A DNA stretch of 64,000 bases from an uncultured virus (IMG/VR IMGVR_UViG_3300008459_007659) (Duplodnaviria; Heunggongvirae; Uroviricota; Caudoviricetes): the IMG/VR virus record IMGVR_UViG_3300008459_007659, positions 1 to 64,000 of that record. The stretch is one strand, 5' to 3'. The translations under genes and the position numbers were made by a program. Position 1 is the stretch's first letter, and each line of letters starts with the position of its first letter. Positions 21,538 to 31,257 of the stretch are shown here, piece after piece. The notes under the pieces were generated by a model. That model saw nothing but the letters and a program-made list of their open reading frames with translations, was not told the DNA's origin and made no database searches.

Positions 21538-22196
21538 AAACCAAAATTTTTTTCTTTTCGTTTAATATAAACATTTCTATCAATAGTGTCAAACTTTACA
21601 TTATCAATATGAACAAAATCTCTTTTACCAAATCCAGCGTCAGGATGTTCATGTCTAATAATTATATCATTAAAATATGTTTGTTTGTTTAATAAGTTTG
21701 CAACATCCATAAATTCATTATCCGCCCATAACGATGTGTAGTCAGGATGATAAATATAATTAAATCTTTCGTAATATTTTTTACCTAAGATACATAAAGT
21801 ATTCAACCTATTACCTTGATTTCCATCGTTAAACCATAAAACCCCGTCAGTGTTAGGATATAGTTCAGTCATTTTATTTCTGATTATATTATCATACCCT
21901 TTAACTTTTGGTATCATGTCATCAGAGGCAATTAAAATAATATCCCAATCACCAATTGTTATATCTCTATTAACCGCATTTATTTTATTTTTACTAAAAC
22001 CAAGATTGTACTTTAAATTTTTATAAGTTTTTAATTTTTCTAAAACATTATGATTGTTCATAGACTCGTCGTCTGTATCTATTGTAATTTGAAACTCAAC
22101 ATTATCAATGTTTTCCGCTAATTGGTAATATATGTCTAAAACGTTAAAAAATTTATCTCTCCTACCTCTTGTTGGGAATTTAATTAGTATTTTCAT
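21534..22196 (-). CDS. GT2-like glycosyltransferase
   Basis: PTRGR, ASDDM, WADNE, HEH motifs. Confidence 0.65.
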   Translation of the reverse strand: MKILIKFPTRGRRDKFFNVLDIYYQLAENIDNVEFQITIDTDDESMNNHNVLEKLKTYKNLKYNLGFSKNKINAVNRDITIGDWDIILIASDDMIPKVKGYDNIIRNKMTELYPNTDGVLWFNDGNQGNRLNTLCILGKKYYERFNYIYHPDYTSLWADNEFMDVANLLNKQTYFNDIIIRHEHPDAGFGKRDFVHIDNVKFDTIDRNVYIKRKEKNFGL

Positions 22197-23574
22197 TTTT
22201 AAAAATATTATTTTTATTCATTATATAATTATATAATTCTTGTGTGTTTTTATTTGCCTCAGTAGATACGGTACCATCTTTCTCATGGTGAAAATATGTG
22301 AATAGAGGTTTTGGTATTCTTTTACCAACAAAACCATTGTTCATCATTCTAACCCATAAATCATAATCTTCCCATCCTTTCATTTCTTCGTCATATCCTC
22401 CACAAATATCAAATGATTCTCTTGTAAACATTGAACAATTCACAATGAATGGTCCTTGTATCAATCTTTCTTTTGTCCATTCAGGACGATTCTCAATTCC
22501 ACTCATTTGTCCAATGTGATTAGTATCGCAATATACGGGACTGATATTGTTATCTTTTTTAATAATATTCACACAAGTTTGAATATATTCTGATGAAATC
22601 ATGTCGTCAGAATCTAAAGGTAAGATATAAACACCGTTTGAGTTTTTTATTCCGTTATTTCTGGCATTTGCCGGACCTCCATTTTCTTGATTAATAATTT
22701 TAATATTTGGATGATTGGATAATGAACTCAATTTATTTAAGACGTATTCATCCGTGGATCCATCATTAACAATAATCAACTCAAAATTTTTGTATGTGGA
22801 ATTAAAAACGGACTCAATTGATTTATGAAACATTTTACCATAATTATGAACCGGCATAATTACCGAGACTAAAGGTAAATTTTTATTTGGGTTTAATACT
22901 GGTAAGTTGTTCTCTAAAATGTTAGGTAGATGAGGTTTGTAATTTTCAATAAAAACTTTCCTATTTTTATCCCATTGTTCATTTGTCATGCCAATTGATA
23001 AATGAGTTATTGGAATATTGGAAACTACCCCAACCTTAACACCGTTAATATGGTTCTCAAATGAAAATGTTGTATCATAAAAATGGAAACCTTCAACTGA
23101 TTCATTAAATGGTTTAACAATTGTTTTTTTATTTATCATCATAAATACACCATCAATAATTACGGTGTCGATGATTTTACCCCCAAAAGGTTCATTATAG
23201 GATGAAAGCCATTTTTTACCATTATGTTGATGATAAACTTGTCCTACCATTTCTGAACTAATCTCCCACCACATACCTGACGAAGGGTAGTATCTTGTTC
23301 CTGCAACACCCAATATCCCAAATTCAGGTTTCTTGGTAAAATGTTCTATAACTCTTTTAGCCCAATACCCCTTTTCAAAAATGATATCATCATGACATAA
23401 AACAACGATATCATTTAGACTTTCGGATAAAATTTCATTATAAACTACTGACAATGATTTTTCACCATTATTAATTTTCTCAATGATTTGTACATCATTA
23501 ATCCCACAAGTTTCCTTAATATGTTCAATAAACTTTGGTTTTGTTGATTTTGTACTATACCCAATTGTAATCAT
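22180..23574 (-). CDS. Two-domain GT2 glycosyltransferase
   Basis: N-domain CHDD; C-domain VSVIMPVHN, VNDGSTD, ARNNG, LDSDD, EDYDLW. Confidence 0.88.
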   Translation of the reverse strand: MITIGYSTKSTKPKFIEHIKETCGINDVQIIEKINNGEKSLSVVYNEILSESLNDIVVLCHDDIIFEKGYWAKRVIEHFTKKPEFGILGVAGTRYYPSSGMWWEISSEMVGQVYHQHNGKKWLSSYNEPFGGKIIDTVIIDGVFMMINKKTIVKPFNESVEGFHFYDTTFSFENHINGVKVGVVSNIPITHLSIGMTNEQWDKNRKVFIENYKPHLPNILENNLPVLNPNKNLPLVSVIMPVHNYGKMFHKSIESVFNSTYKNFELIIVNDGSTDEYVLNKLSSLSNHPNIKIINQENGGPANARNNGIKNSNGVYILPLDSDDMISSEYIQTCVNIIKKDNNISPVYCDTNHIGQMSGIENRPEWTKERLIQGPFIVNCSMFTRESFDICGGYDEEMKGWEDYDLWVRMMNNGFVGKRIPKPLFTYFHHEKDGTVSTEANKNTQELYNYIMNKNNIFKNENTN

Positions 23575-24185
23575 ATCCCCGTACTTCCGAAACCATTTGA
23601 GTTTCTATCTTTATTGTTTATATTATCTACTTTGTTAAACTTTATCCATTTACCACACGCTACAGGAGAAAAAACGGCTTGAGCAATTTTTTGTCCTTTT
23701 TTGATTGTTGTTGGTAAATTATTTGCGTTAAAAATAATAACCTGTATTTCTCCCGTGTATCCTTGATCAACAGTTCCTGGCGAGTTCAATACCATAATAC
23801 CATCTTTAAGTGCTAACCCACTCTTTGATCTTACTTGAAGTTCGTACTGTTCAGGAATATCAATATGTAATCCTGTTGGCACTAACTTCCTACCAAACGG
23901 AGGAACTTCAATCTCCTCAGTTGAGTATAAATCAAAACCAGAATCTGTAAAATATGCGTATTGAGGATCAACTGAATCGGGACGACTAAAAGAATAATTC
24001 ACATTAATCTTTTGTTCGTATCTTTCCATATCTCTCTCTAACTCGGCAATATCAATTCCAAACTCATCAATAATTGCTTGATAATTCGGTTCTTCATCTC
24101 CAAATACTTCATCAAGTTCTTGGAGTTGTTTTAATAAATCCTCAAGACTTTCCTCATCGTTATTATCACCTAATGTAAAACTCAT
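23571..24185 (-). CDS. dut: Trimeric dUTPase with acidic N-terminal extension
   Basis: SGFDL, RSKSGLA, PGTVDQGYTGEI, KIAQ, RNSNGFGSTG (motifs I-V). Confidence 0.93.
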   Translation of the reverse strand: MSFTLGDNNDEESLEDLLKQLQELDEVFGDEEPNYQAIIDEFGIDIAELERDMERYEQKINVNYSFSRPDSVDPQYAYFTDSGFDLYSTEEIEVPPFGRKLVPTGLHIDIPEQYELQVRSKSGLALKDGIMVLNSPGTVDQGYTGEIQVIIFNANNLPTTIKKGQKIAQAVFSPVACGKWIKFNKVDNINNKDRNSNGFGSTGI

Positions 24186-24883
24186 TTTAATTCTTTTAAT
24201 TTTTTAATTGCGTCAACTAAAACAACAACATCCTTTTCACAATATTCAGATATTTCTTTTAATTTTTGTTCTTCCCAATAAGCACTATGAACTTTATCTC
24301 CAGTTACTTCCCCATCTTTTGGTGTTGGTATATCAAGACAAGAACACATCAAATCTAATGAACCAATTGATGTATAAGCTCCGTATTGCCAAATTTCTTT
24401 GGTATCAATGGCTTTAACTTCCCAAGGTTTTGTATCATATGAAGGAAGAAGTTTTGATGGCATAATACCATTAATAATCATTCTTTTTGCCATCATAGGA
24501 ATATCAAAATTCTTTAAATTATGCCCACAAAGATAAAAATCTAATTTTTGACATCTGTCTAAAAGATTTCTTACTTGAAGTAGTAATTCTTTTTCATCGT
24601 CTCCTGAAAATGTTTGTTTTTTTATGTCTCCGTTATCCATAACAAATGCCATAGACACACAAACAATTTTTGCAAATTCAGGAACAAGAGCTGCTCGTTT
24701 TTTAAACACCTCATCCTTAGTTAATCCATTATCTTCAGGAAACCTTTTTTGAAACCAATCAAAATATTTGTCAAACTGATTTGCAATACTTGGACTAAAT
24801 CTTTCACAAGATTCATAATCAGGACATCCACCAACCGTTTCAATATCCAAGAATAAAATTTTTGTAATAGGAATATTAATCAT
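24182..24883 (-). CDS. PolB-like 3'-5' exonuclease (DnaQ/RNase H fold)
   Basis: LDIETV, GHNLKNFDIP, YCEKDV (ExoI-III). Confidence 0.85.
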   Translation of the reverse strand: MINIPITKILFLDIETVGGCPDYESCERFSPSIANQFDKYFDWFQKRFPEDNGLTKDEVFKKRAALVPEFAKIVCVSMAFVMDNGDIKKQTFSGDDEKELLLQVRNLLDRCQKLDFYLCGHNLKNFDIPMMAKRMIINGIMPSKLLPSYDTKPWEVKAIDTKEIWQYGAYTSIGSLDLMCSCLDIPTPKDGEVTGDKVHSAYWEEQKLKEISEYCEKDVVVLVDAIKKLKELK

Positions 24884-24886
24884 AAA

Positions 24887-26104
24887 TTATTTAATTAAAG
24901 ATTTGTAAAATTCTGCTCGTGTTTTTGTTACATTTTTAAGATCATATCTATCTTTAACAGTTTCATATAATCTTTCACCCATATCAACAACCATATTTGG
25001 GTTGTCAACCAATTTTTTAACATATTTTGCCCAATCTCCATGATTTCTATTTTTATCCACTAATAAAGCGTTACCATCAGTAAAATTACCATTATTAAGT
25101 GAATGTTTTAAATCAATGGTATAAGGTCCAACATTAGATGCGATTAATGCTTTTTTATAGAATCCAGCTTCAATAACCTTAAGTTGTGACTTCATTCGGT
25201 TAAATACATGATCAACAATTGGTGCCAATGAAATATCAAACTTAGAGTAGTTCTTGGCATATGATGTGGTAGGTTTTGTCCAAACCCTTACATAGTTTTC
25301 ATTTTCCCAACCAAAATATTCTTCATCGTTAAATTTATCCAAAAATGTTTTATAGTTTGGTGTAATGATTTTATAATTGTTAGTAAATATACTCTCATAT
25401 TTAACCCAAACAGTTTCTTCAGGTCTAATTGGTCTTCTTGTCTCTTGTCCTGTCTGTTTGTTTATTTCAGTCACAGTTCCTCTTGTATCAAAACCACAAA
25501 CATAATATTGTAATTTATCTTGGATTGGTTTTAACTTTGACACCATTCCATCTAAAAGTTTTAAATCGTGAAGGTGAGATGATCCCCCTAACCAACCAAC
25601 TCTAATTTTTTCTGATGGTAATGTTGGTTGATTAAATTGTTCTTCGTTTGGATTAATTGCATTTGGTAAAACAAGAACATTTTTATTAAATTTTCTTATT
25701 TCATCGGCGAATAATTCTGTCGTTGTTGTGACATACGAACAAACTTTCATGTTTGCCGTTATCTTTTCGTGTATTTTATTTGTTACAATTAATTGATGTA
25801 TTGGGTGTTCCTTTGTTGGTAACCAATAATCATCAATATCCATAATAACAACAATACCATTTGATTTTAATTTTTCTATTAATGATGGAGTTTCTTCATA
25901 GTTATTCCCAATATTTCTATGGAAATGAACAATTTGATACTGACCCCAATATTTGTCATCATCAACTTTTGGTTGGAAGTCTATGTCAACATGAAAATCA
26001 TCAGAATATAAATTTTGTAACATTACATGGGGGTCAACGGATCTGTACTTACCAACACCTGAACCATCAGATGGGAGTACTAATACTTTAATTTTTTCTT
26101 TCAT
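24887..26104 (-). CDS. GT-B (GT4-like) glycosyltransferase
   Basis: DIDDYW, VGWLGG..H..D, DISLAP, FNRMKSQLKVIEAG. Confidence 0.75.
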   Translation of the reverse strand: MKEKIKVLVLPSDGSGVGKYRSVDPHVMLQNLYSDDFHVDIDFQPKVDDDKYWGQYQIVHFHRNIGNNYEETPSLIEKLKSNGIVVIMDIDDYWLPTKEHPIHQLIVTNKIHEKITANMKVCSYVTTTTELFADEIRKFNKNVLVLPNAINPNEEQFNQPTLPSEKIRVGWLGGSSHLHDLKLLDGMVSKLKPIQDKLQYYVCGFDTRGTVTEINKQTGQETRRPIRPEETVWVKYESIFTNNYKIITPNYKTFLDKFNDEEYFGWENENYVRVWTKPTTSYAKNYSKFDISLAPIVDHVFNRMKSQLKVIEAGFYKKALIASNVGPYTIDLKHSLNNGNFTDGNALLVDKNRNHGDWAKYVKKLVDNPNMVVDMGERLYETVKDRYDLKNVTKTRAEFYKSLIK

Positions 26105-26126
26105 AAATTAGTTATATAATAATCCA

Positions 26127-26155
26127 ATTATAATCATTAATTTATGATATATCAA
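26127..26155 (-). promoter_or_regulatory. Host-type promoter TTGATA-N17-TATAAT for the glycan/nucleotide operon
   Basis: Exact 17-nt spacing; directly downstream of a terminator and upstream of the ATG at 26104. Confidence 0.65.
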
Positions 26156-26160
26156 TAAAT

Positions 26161-26195
26161 AAAAAACAAAAAACCCCCACTTTTGGTGGAGGTTT
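26161..26195 (-). terminator. Rho-independent terminator
   Basis: Minus-strand AAACCUCCAC-CAAAA-GUGGGGGUUU hairpin followed by a U tract. Confidence 0.85.
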
Positions 26196-26227
26196 AGCCG
26201 ATGTAATAAAATACAAAGGGGTGCGTG

Positions 26228-26824
26228 TTATTCTGATATTTTTCTAATTTTAGTTACTCTACCCTCAAAAAGATGTTGACCAACTCTAAATTTAAATTGT
26301 TCATTTGATTTTTTTGTTGACTCAACTAACAAACCATTTTCTTTCAAAACATCCTCAACAGTTTCTCTAACGATAGTTTTAATATCACTTGCGGATATAC
26401 CAATTGATTGTGGTTGGGGATTACTAACTCTTTGTTTAGTTTCATTAATTACTTCACCTTTTGCGTTTGTGTTCATTAATCTTGATGCCTTCTCAACTAA
26501 ATCATTAGATAATGATGGTCCTCCCATATTAGATGGTTGATTAATTGGATGTTCCATCATTAATCTTTTAATCTCATCAGGTAATTTTGAATTTGCTATT
26601 CTATCTACTGTAGGTACCTCAGTGTTATACGATTTTGGGATTGACTCCTCACTTAATAAATTTTGTGGTAAGTTATAACTGGCATTAACAGGTTGAAATT
26701 CTTCTACCATTGGAGAGTTAAATGCTTCAGGATTATTAATCCCATTACGACCCATTGTGTCGTGTCTCTCCATTATTTTTTTTGATATCATTAATTTATT
26801 TATCAAATCTTGTTCTGCTGACAT
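26228..26824 (-). CDS. Hypothetical protein
   Basis: 198-aa ORF, last gene before the terminator. Confidence 0.65.
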   Translation of the reverse strand: MSAEQDLINKLMISKKIMERHDTMGRNGINNPEAFNSPMVEEFQPVNASYNLPQNLLSEESIPKSYNTEVPTVDRIANSKLPDEIKRLMMEHPINQPSNMGGPSLSNDLVEKASRLMNTNAKGEVINETKQRVSNPQPQSIGISASDIKTIVRETVEDVLKENGLLVESTKKSNEQFKFRVGQHLFEGRVTKIRKISE

Positions 26825-26825
26825 A

Positions 26826-27230
26826 TTATACTAAATTTTCTTGGTTATTATCAAATACTGCATTTATCACAACGCTTGTCATACTTTTATCACCATTTGG
26901 GTTATATCCAGGTTTTGGTTCATTAAATGTTTCTGCCGTAGGTCTGAATGACACTATCTTGTCAACCCTAAACATTCTCCAACTTGGTAATGGTTTTTTT
27001 CCTAAATACGCCTTATGAGACGCCCCCTCTAAATCCCAAGCTCGTAACACAGGATTTCCTGCCTTACTATACCCAAAACAAACAGGTTCTATTGTTCTTA
27101 AACCATTTCCACCTGGTTCATCACCTTGGTAATAAATCACAACTTTTTGTCGTTTCTTAATTGCATCAACGATTGACTCAATAGATGCTACCTCAAGAAT
27201 AAGACTTTTTAATGTGTTGTAAAGTTTCAT
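26826..27230 (-). CDS. Stand-alone WYL-domain protein
   Basis: I.Y..., RTIEP, LRAW, WRMFRVDKI match the WYL domain pattern. Confidence 0.75.
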   Translation of the reverse strand: MKLYNTLKSLILEVASIESIVDAIKKRQKVVIYYQGDEPGGNGLRTIEPVCFGYSKAGNPVLRAWDLEGASHKAYLGKKPLPSWRMFRVDKIVSFRPTAETFNEPKPGYNPNGDKSMTSVVINAVFDNNQENLV

Positions 27231-27517
27231 TAAACTGATGGAGTGGTATATGGTTTATCGTATTGATATTCATTAATTTTTATTTCATTTTTTCTTTCTA
27301 AAATATCAACTGAAGAACCACCATTAACAGTATCCAAAAATGATCCAGTACCTTTACCCAATTCATCCCCATCAGACAACGCATCTTTATTTGTTGCCGA
27401 ATATTGGTTAACAGGTTTGTAATCGTTTTTTGGGATTAACTTTTGTCTTTGTTGTTCACCTACTTGACCTAACTCATTCAGAGGTTGATCAAAATTCAAT
27501 CTTTCACTAATTGCCAT
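27230..27517 (-). CDS. Hypothetical protein
   Basis: 95-aa ORF coupled to its neighbours. Confidence 0.6.
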   Translation of the reverse strand: MAISERLNFDQPLNELGQVGEQQRQKLIPKNDYKPVNQYSATNKDALSDGDELGKGTGSFLDTVNGGSSVDILERKNEIKINEYQYDKPYTTPSV

Positions 27518-27518
27518 T

Positions 27519-27986
27519 TTAAATTATTTTTTTTATTAAATCATTTATCCTTTTAAGGTTTTCTGTGATTTTTATATCATCATTATAATCTTTGTGACTT
27601 TTTACGTCTCTATTCATATTTGATAACCATCCCATGTCATCAATTAATTCGTCAGTAATGTCATCAGGCATTACATCACTTACCGCTTGATTTGTATGAG
27701 TTCCGTTTCTCATTCCATCAATTGTTGTTGTTACCCAATTATTCATATAATCACCACCATTTAAAATATATGGTGCATCTTCTTTATTACCGTCAAAATA
27801 TTTAAACCAATTTTGAATTCTTTCTAACTGCTGAAATGTTACTTGTCCATTATCTCTTAAGAACATATTTCTTTTGTGTCCCTCAACAGTTGCATCAGAA
27901 TTTGGTACTTGATCAAAACATTGTTGTAAGTACTGTGTAAGTTCTTTAGGTAATACTACTACCTGTCCGTATAATTCTTTATTCAC
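27519..27986 (-). CDS. Hypothetical protein
   Basis: 155-aa ORF coupled to its neighbours. Confidence 0.6.
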   Translation of the reverse strand: MNKELYGQVVVLPKELTQYLQQCFDQVPNSDATVEGHKRNMFLRDNGQVTFQQLERIQNWFKYFDGNKEDAPYILNGGDYMNNWVTTTIDGMRNGTHTNQAVSDVMPDDITDELIDDMGWLSNMNRDVKSHKDYNDDIKITENLKRINDLIKKII

Positions 27987-28965
27987 CTGTTTTGAGTATT
28001 TTGATTAAATTGTTTATACTTATCCCTTCTTTTTCCGCAATCTTTTTAATTGATTGTAAATTCCTTGTTAATATTTTATTAACTGGTGTATCGTCAATTT
28101 CGGAATCTTTCTTAACAACATCTCCTGATTTATTTTTTTTATTAAGAATAATTTCGTCAATCATCCTCACCATTTTTTCTTTTTCAATTTCTGATAATCT
28201 TTTTTTAGTAAAACAATTTTTACATTCACCTTGTTTTTTTTCTCGTTTTAATTGTTTGTCTAAACTCTTATCAAATCCAAATACCTTACATCTTTCATCT
28301 CTCTCAAATAAATCTTCAATACCCAACTTTTCCATAGTTTCCATACATTCTTTATATGTCTTATCATTTTTGGTTTCTTCATCACCAAACGCGCCAGACA
28401 TATCTATTTCATCAAGTATATTTTCGTCATCATTTTCAATTGATTCACCATAATAAACTCTATAACCACGAACAACAGGATTGTTTGTTTGTCTTGTTGT
28501 TATCACAGTTTGATCCATTGTTTTTCTTGGATGCATTCCTTGATCTAACATTGGTATATTTGAACCTGCAAAAGTACCGTCAGAAGCAACAAACTCAGTC
28601 ATTTCACCATCAGTTTCTTCATCTTTGTTTTCTTTGTATTTTTCAGGAATTTTAGTGTTTAATTTCATTCCTAATTTTTGTCCAAGTTTAATAATGAATG
28701 GAGTTGCAATTGTACTTCCTGGTATAATTTGTAATGCAATTAACGGTATTAATTTTAATAAATCGGCAGATTGATCTTTAATGAATTCCTTTTCATCTTT
28801 AGGTAATTCAAAATCTTTATTTTTTAAATATTCTTTTGCTGAAGACATAAGAATTTTAACAAGGACTCTTGTTTGTTTTGCCTCATTAGATGCAACTTCT
28901 TTGTATTTCTTCAAATCAGAATATACTTTGTCTACAGTTTTATTTTTTGCCTCTTTAAAAGTCAT
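27979..28965 (-). CDS. Hypothetical protein with possible LETM1-like N-terminal segment
   Basis: DLLKLIPLIALQIIPGSTIATPFIIKL hydrophobic Pro-containing segment; charged C-terminal part. Confidence 0.45.
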   Translation of the reverse strand: MTFKEAKNKTVDKVYSDLKKYKEVASNEAKQTRVLVKILMSSAKEYLKNKDFELPKDEKEFIKDQSADLLKLIPLIALQIIPGSTIATPFIIKLGQKLGMKLNTKIPEKYKENKDEETDGEMTEFVASDGTFAGSNIPMLDQGMHPRKTMDQTVITTRQTNNPVVRGYRVYYGESIENDDENILDEIDMSGAFGDEETKNDKTYKECMETMEKLGIEDLFERDERCKVFGFDKSLDKQLKREKKQGECKNCFTKKRLSEIEKEKMVRMIDEIILNKKNKSGDVVKKDSEIDDTPVNKILTRNLQSIKKIAEKEGISINNLIKILKTGE

Positions 28966-28979
28966 AGGTATTTTTTACA

Positions 28980-29006
28980 ATAAATACTTTGATTTGTGGT
29001 ATTTAT
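28980..29006. promoter_or_regulatory. Back-to-back TATTTAT motifs (candidate divergent late promoters)
   Basis: Minus copy 28980-28986 precedes ATG 28965; plus copy 29000-29006 precedes ATG 29018. Confidence 0.7.
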
Positions 29007-29017
29007 TTAGAAAAAAG

Positions 29018-31237
29018 ATGGCACAACAAAATATTAATCAATATGTATATTCTAAATTACGACTTAACATCGTAAATGAGTGTCAAGATATGTCTTTGGC
29101 GTCTGATGAGGTAAATTACAACCAAGAAGTTGTATTTTCACCATTTCTTATTGCCCAAACATATGGAAATAAGTTACCAATAAACATAGATATATCGGAT
29201 ACGGATACCGTTCAAAATTTGAATTTATTCTATAAAGATTATAATTTCAATAATATTTTTGTTTCTCAAAATTATTATAACCCTGAAAATAAAGATTTGT
29301 TATGTTTTTCATCATCAACAGCTTGTGATATAGGATTAACGGGAATTGATAATGGGTTGGTAACATCAATGAATGGTGAAGAAATAAATTTCACAAATGG
29401 TTTATACGATAACTCATTAAAATTTGAAAGATTATATTTTGATAGAAGATTTAAGATGTTTCAAACTACTGGATATACTACTGATAATGTTAGATTTTCA
29501 GGTATAACCGACAGAACATTGTATGAAGTTGTTAGTAAGAATGGTCCAACAGGAAAATATCACGAACTATATGGGGGGTTCTATCAAGGATTTTATAGAT
29601 TGTTTGGTTATGATTATAATATTTTTCCTGAAAGGATGAATAAAGGATGGTCGGTTGAGATGTTGTTAAAACCGAGATTGATAGATGAATATTTTCCAAG
29701 TACAGGAGAAACTACTCTTAATGAAATTTATCCTGAAAATGCTGAAATATTCTTTTATTTTGGTACAAGAGCTGAAAATAAATTTTATCACCACGCAGAT
29801 GGTTCCCCAAATTGTTTTCCTGAATATAACAGAGTTACAAATGGGTTAGAAGAATGTGTGCAGACTTGTGCTTGTTGTAATCAACAAATCACAAATAGTA
29901 GATGTATATATGTTTACCCACCAAGATCAGAAAATAATCAACACGATCCTCATTTAAATTATGGATGTGATTTATGTAATGGAAATAAAGATAAAAAATT
30001 AACTTGTGGTTGTGACTGTGGTAAACAAGCTTGTGATTTGTGTGGGTGGGAATGTTTTACTCATCAGTGTGAAAACATAATTACGCCAACACCAACGCCA
30101 ACACCTGATCCAACACCGACTCCTGATTGTAATAACCCCATACCTGTCTGTACTCCAACTTGTACAACTTGCGATACTTGTGACGAATGTGAGAATTGCC
30201 CATCAACAGGATTTACTTCAGTTGAGAACACTTGCGAATCTAATCCTTTATTTGACTCAATGTCGAATGCGATAGCAATTAAATTATGTGGTAGTAAAAA
30301 CAATCCTCAAATTGGTGTTAAAATATTTAGATGGACTGGTAATTGTGAAACCACAGGAACTTGTGTTACAGGACAAACTTATGTTACGGGTTATACAATA
30401 GATGAATATTGTTCTCCTGATGGAATATATGATTATTGTGAAATAGTTAATCCTTTATATTTGTTAGAGGAACATTGGTTCCAAGTAGATGTTGTATGGG
30501 AAAGATATACTTGGTTAGATATATGTGATTTATGGTGGAGAGGTGGTCTTGGGGACATTACCAAATTTGAATACTTAGATTCGTTGGCTAACGATACTAC
30601 AAAATTAATTAAACCCCCAATTACTCGTGGAACAGAAATTGCGGAGAAAATAGAACTTGTTAATTTGGATCAATCTTGGTTAGATGACACCCAATTAAGA
30701 ATGGGGAGATTAAAAATTTATGTTAATGGAAAAATATTCTTCAAAATAGAAAATATTGAGGAGATAATACCAAGAGCATTAAGTACGGATAAAGAAAGAC
30801 AGTTAGGAGTTCCATTTAATATTTCTTGGGGTGGTGGAACACAAGGATTAAGGGAAAATTTAACATTCTCGGCTTGTACTGCACTTGACGGAAAATATAT
30901 ACAAGACCCCGAATGTTTCTCAACAGAGTTATTAAACACAACATCTTTAGCAGGATTACAAACAAATATATTATTGGAACAAAATTTTGCGGGGACTTTT
31001 GAGGGTGGTATATCACAATTTAGAATGTATGTAGAACCTTTATCGGCACCTGAAGTAAAACATAACTTCTTATTACTTAAAGATACTTTTGATATGTTAA
31101 ACCCTGATTGTCCTGATTGTAGTACAATTGTTTGTTTACCAAATGATTTCACATATGTTTTAGTTGAGTTGGATTTCTTAGTAACTCAAGATTTTTTCTA
31201 CATTAGAACACAGAATAATGATTATTTCATAGTCTGA
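29018..31237 (+). CDS. Putative virion protein, LamG/ConA-like fold interrupted by a Cys-rich, Pro-Thr insert
   Basis: LKIYVNG and FEGGISQFRMY..PLS..EV are LamG-like; start moved to ATG 29018 (MAQQN) to avoid overlap with the divergent gene. Confidence 0.6.
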   Translation: MAQQNINQYVYSKLRLNIVNECQDMSLASDEVNYNQEVVFSPFLIAQTYGNKLPINIDISDTDTVQNLNLFYKDYNFNNIFVSQNYYNPENKDLLCFSSSTACDIGLTGIDNGLVTSMNGEEINFTNGLYDNSLKFERLYFDRRFKMFQTTGYTTDNVRFSGITDRTLYEVVSKNGPTGKYHELYGGFYQGFYRLFGYDYNIFPERMNKGWSVEMLLKPRLIDEYFPSTGETTLNEIYPENAEIFFYFGTRAENKFYHHADGSPNCFPEYNRVTNGLEECVQTCACCNQQITNSRCIYVYPPRSENNQHDPHLNYGCDLCNGNKDKKLTCGCDCGKQACDLCGWECFTHQCENIITPTPTPTPDPTPTPDCNNPIPVCTPTCTTCDTCDECENCPSTGFTSVENTCESNPLFDSMSNAIAIKLCGSKNNPQIGVKIFRWTGNCETTGTCVTGQTYVTGYTIDEYCSPDGIYDYCEIVNPLYLLEEHWFQVDVVWERYTWLDICDLWWRGGLGDITKFEYLDSLANDTTKLIKPPITRGTEIAEKIELVNLDQSWLDDTQLRMGRLKIYVNGKIFFKIENIEEIIPRALSTDKERQLGVPFNISWGGGTQGLRENLTFSACTALDGKYIQDPECFSTELLNTTSLAGLQTNILLEQNFAGTFEGGISQFRMYVEPLSAPEVKHNFLLLKDTFDMLNPDCPDCSTIVCLPNDFTYVLVELDFLVTQDFFYIRTQNNDYFIV

Positions 31238-31257
31238 AATATTTATAGTAAAAAAAC

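Noticed and set aside
28781..29017. N-terminal 79 aa of the 818-aa ORF
   Set aside because: Overlaps the divergent gene antisense; ATG 29018 has the TATTTAT motif and an A-rich leader
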